A stretch of 30,356 bases of DNA from assembly GCA_038247415.1 (NCBI GenBank), contig JBBRUX010000048.1:1-30356 (forward strand), in the 5' to 3' direction. The stretch's first letter is position 1; every line of letters starts with the position of its first letter. The notes under the pieces were generated by a model. It ran no database searches. It saw only the letters and a list, made by a program, of their open reading frames with translations, and was not told where the DNA came from. The DNA is from Chitinivibrionales bacterium. GTDB taxonomy: Bacteria; Fibrobacterota; Chitinivibrionia; Chitinivibrionales; WJKA01. Positions 9,301-20,356 of this stretch are shown here, one piece after another. Made by a program: the position numbers and the translations under genes.

Positions 9301-12300
9301 TTGTCAGGCGGGTAGCGCGTAAGACATGGCGCTACTTCGAAACTTTCGCGGGTGCCGAAGATAACTGGCTACCAGCAGATAACTATCAAGAAGAACCACG
9401 TGAAGCAGTTGCGCACCGTACTTCTCCCACCAATATCGGTTTGATGCTCCTGTCTAATTTGGGAGCATACGATCTTGGCTATATCAACGCTGGTCAGGTT
9501 ATTGACAAAACGCGCAAGTCGTTTGGCAGCATGGATTCGCTAACCAGATTTCACGGCCATTTCCTTAACTGGTATGACACAGAAACGCTGCTGCCACTCT
9601 ATCCGAACTACGTATCTACCGTTGACAGTGGAAATCTTGCAGGATATCTCCTGACACTGCGGACAGGTTTACTTGAGATGAAAGATCGGAATATATTCCA
9701 GCAGCAGTTCTATGGTGGGCTTATTGCAACACTTGAGGTTATCGATGAACTGGTCCCACTACGTACCCCCCTGGGTATAAAAATCCGAGAATGTGTGAGT
9801 TCGATGATCGAGACGATCCAGACCTTTCAGCAATCACCTGCCGGACTCACCGAAACACTTGACAATATCCGCCGGGTTCTTTCGATAGTTGGGCAGCTTG
9901 ATGCGCATAATCATGAAGAATCGGGAGACGAACTGCTGTGGTGGCTTAGGGCGTTTGAAGACCAGTGTATTGCTGCGCAGGACGAACTGCTTTTTCTTGC
10001 GCCATGGATTGGGACTCAGGTTTTCTTGGATCTTGATCCAACCCTTCGAAGTGAACTAGATGTCAATCGATCATTACGAGAAATGGCTTTACTCGATAAT
10101 TCCTTCAGAGCACAGGCAGAGGGCTCTTCTGACTCTCCCTCTATGCCTGTGGTCACAAGTCCTTGTGCAAAGGCCGATGCAGAAGATAACAATTTATCAC
10201 GGTCTCTTGCGCAGTTGCTTGACTCTGGGTCGTGCTCTGCGCAAGACCGAATAGCTACGCTTGAACACCTTGCTGCACAGTGTCAACATTTCTCAGATCA
10301 GGAGTATGACTTTCTCTACGACACCACTCGTAACTTGTTGTCTATTGGGTATGACGTTGCCCAACGAAGGCGAGACGATGGATGGTACGACCTTCTTGCA
10401 TCTGAGTGTCGCTTGGGAAGTTTTGTGGCAATTGCACAAGGTAAACTTCCCGTTGAGCATTGGTTTAGGCTCGGGCGGCTTATTGCAATGCATCGGGGTA
10501 GAGCCATGCTGCTGTCGTGGGGTGGATCGATGTTCGAATATCTTATGCCAGGGCTGATAATGCCCGGCTATGAGAGAACCTTGCTGGGGCAGACCTGTTT
10601 GTCAATGGTTGATCGGCAGATTGCCTATGGACGCCTGCGCGGTGTACCATGGGGGATTTCTGAGTCTGCGGAAAATAGTACAGATGCAAGCTTGAATTAC
10701 CAATACCGTTCCTTTGGCGTGCCGGGTACGGGGTTTAAACGAGATCTGGGCACCGATTTGGTTATTGCCCCCTATGCTTCCGCGCTTGCTTTAATGATTA
10801 GACCTGATAAAGCCTGTGCCAACATGCAGCGACTCGCTAATGATGGATACGAAGGCCGCTATGGCTTTTACGAGGCAATCGACTTTACGCCGAGTCGGTT
10901 GTCTAGTGAGAATACTCCGGCATTGATCCGGTCTTTTATGGCGCATCATCAAGGCATGAGTTTTATATCAATGGTCAACTTTCTGGCCGGCAGTCCTATG
11001 CCTCGGCGTTTCGAGTCTGACCCGCTATTCCGAACCACAACCCTTTTGCTGCAAGAACGTATACCACGGGCAACTCCTTTCCTCATGCGACCCTCAGACC
11101 TCTTTATAACACGGGAAACTCCTGTAGGGGAGGAAAACGCTCCGCGTATGTTCATCACCCCGCATACGGTTATGCCTGAGGTACACCTCTTATCCAATGG
11201 CCGTTACCACGTAATGATTTCTAATGCCGGTGGTGGATATAGCCGCTGGCACGATAGTGCTGTTACTAGGTGGAACGAGGACCCGACGCTAGACAACTGC
11301 GGAACTTTTATTTATGTCAATGATGTTACTGCTGAACGCCAGTGGTCGACAGCTTTTCAGCCAACGTGCATCGAGTCGAATAACTATGAAGCGATTTTCC
11401 CGCAGGGTAGGGCAGAGTTTAGACGACGAGATGGTGGGATTGATACCTATACTGAAATTGCGGTATCCCCTGAGGATGATATCGAGTACCGGCGAATAAC
11501 TCTCAGTAACTTCACTGGCAAGGCGCGGACTATTGAGCTGACAAGTTATGCTGAGGTAGTTCTTGTGAAACCCGCAGAAGACGCGGCACATCCGGCATTC
11601 TCGAATCTTTTTGTGCAAACTGAGATACTCAAGGATCGTCATGCAATTCTTTGTTCCAGAAGGCCGCGATCCCCCGAGGAAGTGTGCCCTTGGCTTCTCC
11701 ACCTCTTTACTGTTAGGGGCCTCGACAACTGCGAAATTTCGTACGAAACAGACCGCTTATCATTTACGGGAAGAAATCAGACAACAAGGAATCCGAGGGC
11801 CATGCGCAAAGATGGACCACTCAAGGGAACTGCAGGATCGGTTCTCGATCCGATTGTGTCTATTCGGTGCAGGGTGAATCTTAAGGCCGGGGAAACAATT
11901 ACTGTTGGCTTTATTACAGGTATTGCAGCAACACGAGAGCAAGCGGAGGGATTGATTGACAAATATCAGGATCGACAATTGGCCGACCGTGTTTTTGACC
12001 TAACCGTTATACAGGGAAAGGTACTGCTGCAACAACTTAACACCACAGAAGCTGATGCTCAACTTTTTAGCCAACTCGCTAGCTCTATAATTTACGCGAG
12101 TAGGCATCGTAGAGCGAATCCTGCGATTCTGATCAAGAATACACGAGGCCAGTCTAGTTTGTGGGCGTATAGTATTTCTGGCGATCTTCCTATAATTCTT
12201 TTACGAATAGGTGATCCCCGCAAGATCGATTTGGTGGCAAAACTTTTGCAAGCACATGCATATTGGCGCCTGAAAGGGCTCTCTGTCGACCTTGTAATTT

Positions 12301-14996
12301 GGAATGAGGAACGAACAAGTTACCGGCAGATTTTTAACGAAGAAATTATTGGGCTCATTGCTGCCGGTCCAGAAGCATCGTTGCATGACAAAGCGGGAGG
12401 GGTTTTTGTATGTCACCCAGACCAAATGTCTAATGAGGATCAAATTGTTATGCAAGCCACTGCACGAGTTGTATTTACAGATGCAGCAGGTACCCTTGCT
12501 GACCAGATACAACGATCATACACCCTTGATACAATAACCCCCAACCTCCCGACGATACGTGACGGAAAGTTGCTTCCAAATCCGCAGAGTTTTCACCAGG
12601 ACAATCTGCTCTTCTTCAATGGTTGGGGGGGCTTTACCCAGGACGGTAGAGAATACATTATTCAAATAAAGCCGGAGCGTCCAACGCCAATGCCCTGGGT
12701 TAATGTTGTGGCAAACAAAACTTTTGGCACAGTTATATCACAAAGTGGTGGTTATACCTGGTTTGAAAATGCGCATGAGTTTAGGTTGACTCCTTGGTAT
12801 AACGATCCTGTGAGTGACCGAAGCGGTGAGGCTGTATATTTGCGGGACGAGAACAGTGGCCGGTTCTGGTCGGCGATGCCTTCGCCAACTCCGGGAGCGG
12901 GAGAGTATCTCAATCGCCATGGTTTTGGCTATAGCGTTTTTGAATTTTCGCAGTATGGCATAAACTCGGAACTCTGGGTGTATGTCGACATAGACGCGCC
13001 AGTCAAGTTTTGGATGCTTAAAGTACGCAACGATTCTCCTAGTGCTCGGCGATTGTCGGCAACAGGATTTCTTGAGTTGGTTCTGGGTGAGAGCAGAGCA
13101 AAAACCCAGATGCACGTGAGTACGAGTATCGACGCGCAAACCGGCGCTCTTTTGGCAATCAACCCATTCAACACCGAATTTGCAGGGCGCGTCGTATTCT
13201 TTGAAGTTAATGAAATTGACAGAAGCATAAGTGGAGACAGGGCTGAATTTATCGGTCGCAATGGTAGTCTTGCAAACCCGGCGGCATTACATCGGGGGCG
13301 CCTGTCGGGCAAAGTTGGGGTTGGGCTCGATCCTGCGGCTGCGATTCGGACAACATTTACGCTGGAGCCGGGTCAGGAGAAGGTCGTTGTTTTTACATTA
13401 GGTGCGGGTAGGGACATCGAAGATGCCCGAAGTCTTATACATCGGTTTAGAGACCTACAACAAGCGTACGACGCGCGCGATAGAGTTTGGCAGTTTTGGA
13501 CCCATACGCTCGGTGCCGTGAACATAGAAACTCCAGATCCCGCACTGAACCTGATCGCCAACGGTTGGCTTGTGTACCAGACGATCTCATCTCGTTTGTG
13601 GGCACGTAGTGGATTTTATCAATCCGGAGGGGCATTTGGATTTCGTGATCAACTTCAGGATGTGATGGCATTGACGCACACTTATCCTGAACTTATCCGT
13701 GAACATCTTCTTGTCTGTGCCTCTCGTCAATTTCGTGAAGGCGACGTTCAACATTGGTGGCATCCTCCGATGGGCCGCGGCGTTCGCACGATGATCTCCG
13801 ATGACTACCTCTGGTTGCCTTTTGTTACGTGCGATTATGTGATGCATTCGGGCGACATCGGCGTTCTTGACGAGCCCGTTTGTTTTCTGGAAAGCCGTTG
13901 CCTTAATCCAGATGAGGAATCTTTCTACGATCTTCCCGCGCGTGCTCTAGAAAAAGCCACCCTGTACGACCATTGCAAACGAGCCATTGTGCATGCATTC
14001 CGATTCGGTACACATGGGTTACCCTTAATGGGGAGTGGGGATTGGAATGATGGTATGAATCTCGTTGGTGTACAAGGTAAAGGAGAAAGCGTATGGTTAG
14101 CGTTTTTCCTCTTCTCGGTTCTTAAAAAAATTATCCCGCTTGCGCACTTGCGCGGTGATGCCGAATTTGAGGACATTTGCGAAAGGGAATCCAAGCGTCT
14201 TAGCACGGCTATCAATTCTCAAACGTGGGATGGGGAGTGGTACCAACGAGCATACTTTGATGATGGCTCTATCCTGGGATCTTCACAAAACCAAGAGTGT
14301 AAAATAGATACTACGGTGCAATGCTGGTCGGTTCTTTCCGGCGCAGGAACTCCCGAACGTTCGCACCAAGCAATGGAATCTCTTGGTCGACTTCTGGTTG
14401 ATTCAGACAACAACCTGATCAGACTCCTTGCACCGCCGTTTGATAAATCGGCACAAGAGCCAGGCTACATTAAAGGATATGTTCCCGGGGTGCGGGAAAA
14501 TGGGGGCCAGTATACGCATGCTGCAATTTGGGCGGTGATGGCATTTGCAAAGCTAGGGCAAAGCCAGCGCGTTGAGGAGTTGTTACAGATGATTAACCCC
14601 ATTAACCATGGGTCAACCCGCGAGAAGATCGAACGTTATCTCGTTGAGCCGTATGTGATGGCGGCTGATATTTATGGCTCTGAGCCGCATACGGGGCGCG
14701 GAGGATGGACGTGGTATACAGGCTCTGCATCCTGGATGTATCGCCTCATTATCGAATCTGTGTTGGGTTTACATCTAGAAGTCAATCGACTCACTTTTAA
14801 GCCCTGTATTCCTCCACAGTGGGACTACTTCAAAATTCATTACCGGTTTAAAGAGACAGTGTACCATCTTGCGTTTCATCAGGTTACGCCGGGAGGGGCA
14901 CTTCGCGTAGTTATTGACGGTGTTCAACAACCGGAGGCGCAGGTGACGCTAACCGATGACCAAATAGAGCATTTGGTGGAGGTGGAGATAAAGTGA
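6351..14996 (+). CDS. ndvB: Cyclic beta-1,2-glucan synthase (NdvB/ChvB/Cgs): GT84 synthase, TM block, central domain, C-terminal GH94 phosphorylase-like domains
   Basis: 2881 aa. WLLDNF, ELWAIPIMLRLAL, WMGYERKRGKL, VITLDTDT, SHDLLEG, RWIRGDWQ, RTSPTNIG, SWGGSMFEYLMP, YQSGGAFGFRDQLQD, GDWNDGMN, ENGGQYTH, GWTWYTGSA. Start uncertain: GTG 6351 or CTG 6291. Confidence 0.96.
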   Translation: MFATHETLEYPLLSDLLSAEQLDKRGEIMAQSHNVDRRPDCERLLARLTRNENLLTSTHALLSENEFTKRALPPAGVWLLDNFFLIKEQIQLAREHLPKRYSLELPRLRGGNAAGLPRVYEIVHDLISHVDGNVDKTNIGIFISSYQRHTWLNLGELWAIPIMLRLALLEKMGSIAARIAANRLDRDIAYTWAERMLDTAGKDPKDIVLDIADMSRADISMSCAFVAEMVRKLQSHNPALSLVLTWIEQRLAQQGQTIERQVQLNSQQQTTNAIAIGNCISSLRTLTSIDWKKFVESNSRVEAILCGDRLYAAMDFATRDTYRHVVEKLARRNHTTEESVALQAIELSRNISGNPRMAHVGFFLIDRGLKALQGELAVGSKAKAPAPSTARGVSLVVYVGSTFFLTAVLTALTIVGIKSAGEISLWVVSILMFVGISQAAFSFVNWAATIFVHPHMLPRMDFSAGIPPENCTLITVPAMLVDERSVSVLLDKMEVCFLSNRSENLYFSLLTDFEDASSQNVPSDPILIDLARKGISHLNNTYSRNGCRPFLFFHRTREWNIHDRLWMGYERKRGKLKALNDFLRSCGSEDLLIEGDRAIALSVKYVITLDTDTDLPRDCARHLIETMAHPLNVPIYDSVKHRIVDGYAILQPRVVSSLPAIGASWYSRLFGSDSGIDPYTRAVSDIYQDLFAEGSFIGKGIYDVDAFAKVLTNRFPENRILSHDLLEGTYCRSGLVSDVQVVDAFPQRYSQDHARRYRWIRGDWQIAAWLGRRVPGVNKKHEISPLSLLSQWKLFDNLRRSLIPAGLLLLIVVSWLFVVPSWLGIAVVLGVFLLPGLPALAMKSVQRPIRYPLFTHVGSFVGSVGVHFFQAFFALAILPHEALSNLDAVVRTWWRIRISHRNLLEWRASGKATHARSTGIWAHFQLMAIAPLFALAVGALLFTGSSLLVWIMLGVWFGSPLLIWWMSRPLSPRTSNLSVNQRVFVRRVARKTWRYFETFAGAEDNWLPADNYQEEPREAVAHRTSPTNIGLMLLSNLGAYDLGYINAGQVIDKTRKSFGSMDSLTRFHGHFLNWYDTETLLPLYPNYVSTVDSGNLAGYLLTLRTGLLEMKDRNIFQQQFYGGLIATLEVIDELVPLRTPLGIKIRECVSSMIETIQTFQQSPAGLTETLDNIRRVLSIVGQLDAHNHEESGDELLWWLRAFEDQCIAAQDELLFLAPWIGTQVFLDLDPTLRSELDVNRSLREMALLDNSFRAQAEGSSDSPSMPVVTSPCAKADAEDNNLSRSLAQLLDSGSCSAQDRIATLEHLAAQCQHFSDQEYDFLYDTTRNLLSIGYDVAQRRRDDGWYDLLASECRLGSFVAIAQGKLPVEHWFRLGRLIAMHRGRAMLLSWGGSMFEYLMPGLIMPGYERTLLGQTCLSMVDRQIAYGRLRGVPWGISESAENSTDASLNYQYRSFGVPGTGFKRDLGTDLVIAPYASALALMIRPDKACANMQRLANDGYEGRYGFYEAIDFTPSRLSSENTPALIRSFMAHHQGMSFISMVNFLAGSPMPRRFESDPLFRTTTLLLQERIPRATPFLMRPSDLFITRETPVGEENAPRMFITPHTVMPEVHLLSNGRYHVMISNAGGGYSRWHDSAVTRWNEDPTLDNCGTFIYVNDVTAERQWSTAFQPTCIESNNYEAIFPQGRAEFRRRDGGIDTYTEIAVSPEDDIEYRRITLSNFTGKARTIELTSYAEVVLVKPAEDAAHPAFSNLFVQTEILKDRHAILCSRRPRSPEEVCPWLLHLFTVRGLDNCEISYETDRLSFTGRNQTTRNPRAMRKDGPLKGTAGSVLDPIVSIRCRVNLKAGETITVGFITGIAATREQAEGLIDKYQDRQLADRVFDLTVIQGKVLLQQLNTTEADAQLFSQLASSIIYASRHRRANPAILIKNTRGQSSLWAYSISGDLPIILLRIGDPRKIDLVAKLLQAHAYWRLKGLSVDLVIWNEERTSYRQIFNEEIIGLIAAGPEASLHDKAGGVFVCHPDQMSNEDQIVMQATARVVFTDAAGTLADQIQRSYTLDTITPNLPTIRDGKLLPNPQSFHQDNLLFFNGWGGFTQDGREYIIQIKPERPTPMPWVNVVANKTFGTVISQSGGYTWFENAHEFRLTPWYNDPVSDRSGEAVYLRDENSGRFWSAMPSPTPGAGEYLNRHGFGYSVFEFSQYGINSELWVYVDIDAPVKFWMLKVRNDSPSARRLSATGFLELVLGESRAKTQMHVSTSIDAQTGALLAINPFNTEFAGRVVFFEVNEIDRSISGDRAEFIGRNGSLANPAALHRGRLSGKVGVGLDPAAAIRTTFTLEPGQEKVVVFTLGAGRDIEDARSLIHRFRDLQQAYDARDRVWQFWTHTLGAVNIETPDPALNLIANGWLVYQTISSRLWARSGFYQSGGAFGFRDQLQDVMALTHTYPELIREHLLVCASRQFREGDVQHWWHPPMGRGVRTMISDDYLWLPFVTCDYVMHSGDIGVLDEPVCFLESRCLNPDEESFYDLPARALEKATLYDHCKRAIVHAFRFGTHGLPLMGSGDWNDGMNLVGVQGKGESVWLAFFLFSVLKKIIPLAHLRGDAEFEDICERESKRLSTAINSQTWDGEWYQRAYFDDGSILGSSQNQECKIDTTVQCWSVLSGAGTPERSHQAMESLGRLLVDSDNNLIRLLAPPFDKSAQEPGYIKGYVPGVRENGGQYTHAAIWAVMAFAKLGQSQRVEELLQMINPINHGSTREKIERYLVEPYVMAADIYGSEPHTGRGGWTWYTGSASWMYRLIIESVLGLHLEVNRLTFKPCIPPQWDYFKIHYRFKETVYHLAFHQVTPGGALRVVIDGVQQPEAQVTLTDDQIEHLVEVEIK

Positions 14997-15066
14997 ATTG
15001 GGCTTTATGGTAGCAAGCAATGCAGAGAGTGTTTTTTTATTATTTTTGTGAATACTCGTATTCTTG

Positions 15067-15130
15067 CGACCTCACCCCCATCCTATCGGAAGAGGGGTGG
15101 ACTTATTGAAGTGGGAACCTGGTGAGGTCG
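15067..15130. repeat. Degenerate REP-like stem-loop between ndvB and the AI-2E gene
   Basis: CGACCTCACC (15067-15076) pairs with GGTGAGGTCG (15121-15130); internal CACCCC...AGAGGGGTG resembles the element at the window start. Confidence 0.5.
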
Positions 15131-15185
15131 AGAATGTCTGAAATGAAACCATCTAAAAAATTACTTCAATACAAAGGATTTATTC

Positions 15186-16337
15186 ATGAATCAATCGTTA
15201 CCAACCGACAAACTTGACGTTTCGGAAGTGGATGCGCACGTTGCTGATCGCAAGCGCACACTAGTAAATCGCGTTGTACTTGGGCTTCTGGTAGTTGGGG
15301 TTCTCCTTGTGTTTGTTCCCATGATTAAGATGTTTATGACCCCGCTTTTGCTGGCGGGAACGTTTACTGTTCTCTTTTACCCGTTGTATGCAATGCTGCT
15401 CAAGCTCTTGAGGGGAAACCGCACCCTTGCAGCGCTCTCCTGCTGCGTACTTTTGGTACTGGGGTTTGTTGTGCCCATCTACTTTCTCGGGTATCTTGTC
15501 ACTCACCAGTTTATTACCCTTTACCAGTCGGTCGAACCGGTAATACAATCGATTGTACAGGGCGATGACAACGGCGTTCTCAGTCGGTTCAAGGAAAGCC
15601 CGTTTTATTCATTGTTAACACGGTTTCACTTCAACTGGCAGAATTCAGCATTCGAAGCGTTCAAGTCTATTGGTGCCTTTATGGGGCAGATGGCAAATAA
15701 AACGTCCCTTGGCGCATTGCAGATTGTTCTGGGCCTCTTTCTGACACTCTTCATTATGTTCTACTTATTTATGGATGGTGAACAGATTGCAAAAAAAATT
15801 CGACAGGTCATTCCCCTGCGTCCCGCCTATCAGGACATGATTATCATGCGGTTCCAGCTTGTCTCACGCGCGACGGTAAAGGGAACGCTTGTCATTGCAA
15901 CAATTCAGGGAACACTGGGCGCTATCATTTTGCTTATCTTTGGAATTAAGACGTGGCTTCTCTGGGGTGTGGTCATGATTGTCCTGGGCTTTATACCCAT
16001 GGGTGGGGCTTGGCTGATACTTGTCCCTGTGGGAATAATCCAGGTCCTCATTGGTCACGTGTGGCAGGGCGCGATAATTTTGGGCTTAAGCTTCGGAGTT
16101 GTCTCCAGCATCGACAACGTCCTTCGCCCCCGGCTCGTGGGTCAGAATGCGCGCATGCATGACTTGCTCATATTTTTTTCCACCATCGGTGGCCTGGCTA
16201 TGTTTGGCCCGGTAGGTGTAATAACTGGCCCCGTGGTGATGGCGTTTTTTGTTTCGATCATAGAAATATGTATGCTGGAATTAAAAGGACAGGATTTAGC
16301 GCACGAAGAAGCAGGAATAGCAAAAGTTGACAAATAA
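15186..16337 (+). CDS. AI-2E family (PerM/UPF0118) transporter
   Basis: 383 aa, polytopic; MFYLFMDG, IATIQGTLG, SIDNVLRPRLVG, FFSTIGGLAMFGPVGVITGP. RBS AAGGA. Confidence 0.93.
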   Translation: MNQSLPTDKLDVSEVDAHVADRKRTLVNRVVLGLLVVGVLLVFVPMIKMFMTPLLLAGTFTVLFYPLYAMLLKLLRGNRTLAALSCCVLLVLGFVVPIYFLGYLVTHQFITLYQSVEPVIQSIVQGDDNGVLSRFKESPFYSLLTRFHFNWQNSAFEAFKSIGAFMGQMANKTSLGALQIVLGLFLTLFIMFYLFMDGEQIAKKIRQVIPLRPAYQDMIIMRFQLVSRATVKGTLVIATIQGTLGAIILLIFGIKTWLLWGVVMIVLGFIPMGGAWLILVPVGIIQVLIGHVWQGAIILGLSFGVVSSIDNVLRPRLVGQNARMHDLLIFFSTIGGLAMFGPVGVITGPVVMAFFVSIIEICMLELKGQDLAHEEAGIAKVDK

Positions 16338-16401
16338 CAAACCTGGCCCCACCGTGAGCTCTCTGTGAGCAGAAAGTCTTTTATACATTAAAAAGGGGTC
16401 T

Positions 16402-17520
16402 TCAAGAATTCATGCGCTTTGCTAGTTCTGCTAAAAGTGTATCGTAGGGTTTGTTGAATTTGTCAATGCCTTGAGTTTCCAGGGTTTGTGCAACGGCGTC
16501 GATGTCTATGCCGAGCTTTGGTAAACGATCCATGATTCCTGCCGCTTTCCCGACATCGCGCACAATCCGCACTTTTGGTTGCCCATGATCACGGTATGCA
16601 TTCAAGGTTTCAAGAGGAAGGGTGTTGACCGTACCAACACCTATGAGCTCCTCCACATATTTGGTTTCTAGATATTCTGGATTTTTCACTCCGGTACTTG
16701 CCCACAGCAATCTCTGAGCTCGCGCGCCCTGCAAAGCCAGTTTCCCAAATCGCGGACTTGTAAAGATTTCCTGGTACATCAGATACGCCATTTTAGCACT
16801 GGCAATTGCAGCCTCACCCAGTAAGAGCTTTGCTAAGAGGGCGTTTGTGCGATCCTGCGCGATTATTTTTTCGAGCATGGCATCGACAAAAACATCGATC
16901 CGGCTTATAAAAAAACTAGCAACCGAGGAGATCCGATTAAGTGGCTTTCCTTGATTAGCGCGAATTTCTAAACCCTCGATATATGCCTCTGCTGCCTGCC
17001 GATACCGCGGGAGGCCAAAAAGGAGTGTAATATTGACATTAATCCCTAGGCCAATCAATTGAGTGATCGCACGAAGTCCTTCGTCTGTGGCTGGGACCTT
17101 AATAAAGACATTTGGTCGATCGAGTGCTGCCCATAATCGCTGTGCTTCATTGACAGTAGCGACAGTGTCATGCGCCAGATGCGGGTTCACCTCAAGGCTG
17201 ACATACCCATCGATCCCCTGAGTCTTTTCATAGAGCGAACGGAATTCATCTGCGGCACATTGGACATCGTGCTGGCTGAGTGCCTCATAAATAGCAGCAG
17301 CACCTAAACCACTGCTAGCCATCTTTTGAATATCTTTGTCGTAGTCGTGGCTTTCGACAATTGCCTTCTCGAAAATGGCCGGGTTTGAAGTCATGCCACG
17401 AAGCCCATCTTCTTCAATGAGGCGCTTAAGTTCTCCGCTTTCTAAAAGATCCCGGCGGATGTAATCGAGCCATACCGATTGTCCTAGATTGCCCAGCTCC
17501 GTGAGCGAAGTATGAGTCAT
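16402..17520 (-). CDS. tal: Transaldolase (long type)
   Basis: 372 aa. GQSVWLDYIRR, GMTSNPAIF, GYVSLEV, NVFIKVPAT (Schiff-base Lys), NVNITLLF, ASFFISRID, QRLLWASTG. Confidence 0.97.
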   Translation of the reverse strand: MTHTSLTELGNLGQSVWLDYIRRDLLESGELKRLIEEDGLRGMTSNPAIFEKAIVESHDYDKDIQKMASSGLGAAAIYEALSQHDVQCAADEFRSLYEKTQGIDGYVSLEVNPHLAHDTVATVNEAQRLWAALDRPNVFIKVPATDEGLRAITQLIGLGINVNITLLFGLPRYRQAAEAYIEGLEIRANQGKPLNRISSVASFFISRIDVFVDAMLEKIIAQDRTNALLAKLLLGEAAIASAKMAYLMYQEIFTSPRFGKLALQGARAQRLLWASTGVKNPEYLETKYVEELIGVGTVNTLPLETLNAYRDHGQPKVRIVRDVGKAAGIMDRLPKLGIDIDAVAQTLETQGIDKFNKPYDTLLAELAKRMNS

Positions 17521-17606
17521 GATTTATTCTCCCCTATTTGATTTGTTTTTTGTCAATGTTAACATGGATATTTTAACCATTTCTTACTCTCAATGTCTCT
17601 CATAAA

Positions 17607-17622
17607 AGCACAAAAATTGCCA
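17607..17622 (-). promoter_or_regulatory. sigma54 -24/-12 promoter motif for tal
   Basis: Minus strand TGGCAATTTTTGTGCT (GG-N10-GC), ~87 bp upstream of the tal start. Confidence 0.6.
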
Positions 17623-17715
17623 CTATTCAAGACCTCTTCCATAGAATCCCTATCCCAACATTCACTTCGAGAACAATTTTACGGTGCTCTATGCGACACC
17701 TCAGTGGCCCGTTCT

Positions 17716-17742
17716 CGTTGACTGGGGGTCTCGTAGTCAACG
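17716..17742 (-). terminator. Hairpin downstream of clpB; possible terminator
   Basis: CGTTGACT-N11-AGTCAACG; no strong U-tract. Confidence 0.3.
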
Positions 17743-17770
17743 GGTAAGGATCTGAGTAGATTCATTATTT

Positions 17771-20356
17771 TTATGTCACTGCAAACTTTAGTTCGTCTTT
17801 CACTTCAGTCACATTAATTGATTGACCTTCCTTTAGTTCCCCGGAGACCAGCATTCTAGAGATCGGTGTCTCCAACAACCTCTGGATCGCGCGTTTCAAG
17901 GGACGTGCGCCATACACAGGATCGTATCCGGTCTGAATCAACAGTTTTTTTGCATTGCTATCGACAACAATGGAAATTCTTTTTGCATCAAGCAATTGGG
18001 CGAAACGCTTTAACTGGATCCCGGCGATGCTCAGCAGGTTTTCGTGCGTTAGACCACGAAACACAACGATCTCATCGACACGGTTGATGAATTCCGGTTT
18101 GAAGTGGTTCTTAAGTTCGTTTAATACCATTTTTTTGATAGTCTCATGATCTTTGCCCGCATCTTCGACGATTTGCTCTGAGCCGATGTTTGAGGTCATG
18201 ATGATGATCGTGTTTTTGAAATTGACAACATGGCCTTGTGAATCAGTCACGCGACCGTCGTCAAGTATTTGCAGCAATACGTTAAAAACATCTGAGTGCG
18301 CCTTCTCTATCTCGTCAAATAAAATGACACAATATGGTCTGCGACGTACCGCCTCGGTAAGCTGCCCGCCTTCCTCGTAGCCGACGTACCCGGGGGGAGC
18401 GCCGATAAGCCGGGAGACCGTGTGCTTTTCCATGTATTCCGACATGTCAATTCGCACCATCGCATGTTCATCATCGAAGAGGTTAAATGCTAGTGATCGG
18501 GCAAGTTCGGTTTTGCCTACACCTGTTGGCCCCAGGAATATGAAACTTCCGATAGGTCGTTGTTGGTCCTTGAGTCCTGCCCGAGCACGCAGTACCGCAT
18601 CGGCAACCGCGTCGACCGCCTCATCCTGACCAATTACTCGCTCGTGCAGGTGCGCAGCAAGCGACAATATTTTTTCCTTCTCGCCTTCGACAAGTTTACT
18701 GACTGGAATATGCGTCCACCGCGCCACAATTGCTGCGACATCTTCCTCGTCGACTTCCTCTTTGAGCAGCCGGCTTTGGCCGTTTTCGCCTTTGAAGGAC
18801 TTTTCAGCTTCACTGAGTTGTTCTTCAAGCTGCGGGATGGTGCCATGCTGCAATTGCGCTGCTGTATTCAGATCGTAATCTCTCCGGGCTTTATCCAGCC
18901 CGAATTTTGCTTGTTCAATTTTTTGGCGTATCTGCTGTAAGGATGAAATCTGCTGCTTTTCCTTTTCCCAGCGCAATCTTAACTGTTGTGCCTTTCCCTT
19001 GACTTCTGCAAGTTCTTTTCCCAGTTTTTCTAAACGTTCTTTTGACGAAGCGTCTTTTTCTTTTTTAAGACCTTCGATTTCTATGGCAACCTGCATCTGA
19101 CGTCGTGAGGCCTCGTCAAGTTCGACCGGGCTGCTGTCCATTTCAGTCCTCAGAACTGCCGCTGCTTCGTCGATGAGGTCGATGGCCTTGTCGGGGAGGA
19201 ACCGCTCGGAGATGTAGCGATCTGATAGGACGGCGGCAGCGACAATGGCGGTGTCGCGGATCTTGACACCATGATGGACTTCATAACGTTCCCGCAAACC
19301 CCGCAAGATCGAAATGGTATCTTCCACACTGGGTTGGTCGACAAGAATAGTCTGAAACCTTCGTTCAAGCGCCTTGTCTTTTTCTATGTACTTTCGATAT
19401 TCGTCAAGTGTTGTTGCACCAATGCAATGCAATTCTCCCCGAGCAAGCATGGGTTTGAGGAGATTGCCTGCATCCATGGCTCCTTCGGCAGCGCCCGCCC
19501 CCACGACCGTGTGAAGTTCGTCGATAAACAGAATGACGTTTCCTTGAGCATCGGAAACTTCCTTCAAAACCGCCTTGAGGCGTTCTTCGAATTCACCACG
19601 AAATTTTGCCCCAGCGATCAAAGAACCCATATCAAGGGATGCTAATTTTTTATTTTTCAGGCCATCGGGTACATCGCCTCGAATCATCCGTATCGCCAAC
19701 CCCTCTACTATCGCTGTTTTGCCGACACCGGGATCCCCGATAAGCACGGGATTATTCTTTGTCCGTCGGGAAAGGATCTGCACAACGCGCCGAATTTCTT
19801 CGTCTCTGCCTATGACCGGATCGAGTTTGTCTTTGCGGGCCATATCAGTGAGGTCACGCGAATACTTTTCTAATGCGTTGAAGGTTGCCTCAGGCTCCGG
19901 TGAGGTTACCCGTTGATTTCCCCGGACTGATTTAAGAACTTCCAAGACCCTCGCGTGCGATAAGTCTATGGTAGACGCCACTTCTCGACAATCATTATCT
20001 TTTTCAAGAACCGCTAGGAGAAGATGCTCTACACTGACGTATTCGTCTTTCATGCGGGTGGCAATTTTTTCTGCCTCGGAGATCACCTGTGTCAACGCTC
20101 GTGACGCAGATGTCTGAACAGCACTGCTTCCCGTGACGGCCGGCAGCAAGCGAAGTTTGTGCATGACCGCATTTCGCAGTGAGTCAATAGATATGTCCAA
20201 TTTCTCAAGTATGGTCGATACAAGCCCATACTGCTGCATGGCTAGAGCAAGCAGCAAGTGAAGTGAGGTTAATTCCTGATGGTTGAGCTCAACAGCTATT
20301 TTGTGCGCGCTATTTATTGCTTCGTGCGATTTGCTGGTAAGTTTTTCGGCGTCCAT
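17771..20356 (-). CDS. clpB: ATP-dependent chaperone ClpB
   Basis: 861 aa. Walker A motifs GDPGVGKT and GPTGVGKT; Walker B ILFIDELH and ILFDEIEK; coiled-coil middle domain; [19 protein letters not shown]. Confidence 0.98.
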   Translation of the reverse strand: MDAEKLTSKSHEAINSAHKIAVELNHQELTSLHLLLALAMQQYGLVSTILEKLDISIDSLRNAVMHKLRLLPAVTGSSAVQTSASRALTQVISEAEKIATRMKDEYVSVEHLLLAVLEKDNDCREVASTIDLSHARVLEVLKSVRGNQRVTSPEPEATFNALEKYSRDLTDMARKDKLDPVIGRDEEIRRVVQILSRRTKNNPVLIGDPGVGKTAIVEGLAIRMIRGDVPDGLKNKKLASLDMGSLIAGAKFRGEFEERLKAVLKEVSDAQGNVILFIDELHTVVGAGAAEGAMDAGNLLKPMLARGELHCIGATTLDEYRKYIEKDKALERRFQTILVDQPSVEDTISILRGLRERYEVHHGVKIRDTAIVAAAVLSDRYISERFLPDKAIDLIDEAAAVLRTEMDSSPVELDEASRRQMQVAIEIEGLKKEKDASSKERLEKLGKELAEVKGKAQQLRLRWEKEKQQISSLQQIRQKIEQAKFGLDKARRDYDLNTAAQLQHGTIPQLEEQLSEAEKSFKGENGQSRLLKEEVDEEDVAAIVARWTHIPVSKLVEGEKEKILSLAAHLHERVIGQDEAVDAVADAVLRARAGLKDQQRPIGSFIFLGPTGVGKTELARSLAFNLFDDEHAMVRIDMSEYMEKHTVSRLIGAPPGYVGYEEGGQLTEAVRRRPYCVILFDEIEKAHSDVFNVLLQILDDGRVTDSQGHVVNFKNTIIIMTSNIGSEQIVEDAGKDHETIKKMVLNELKNHFKPEFINRVDEIVVFRGLTHENLLSIAGIQLKRFAQLLDAKRISIVVDSNAKKLLIQTGYDPVYGARPLKRAIQRLLETPISRMLVSGELKEGQSINVTEVKDELKFAVT

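Noticed and set aside
6526..14413. Many 60-216 aa ORFs overlapping ndvB, and similar ones inside the kinase, clpB, xfp and oxidase genes
   Set aside because: Antisense or off-frame shadows of strong genes, with no recognisable motifs.
15008..15024. sigma54 promoter for the AI-2E gene (TGGTAGCAAGCAATGCA)
   Set aside because: GG-to-GC spacing is 11 rather than the required 10.
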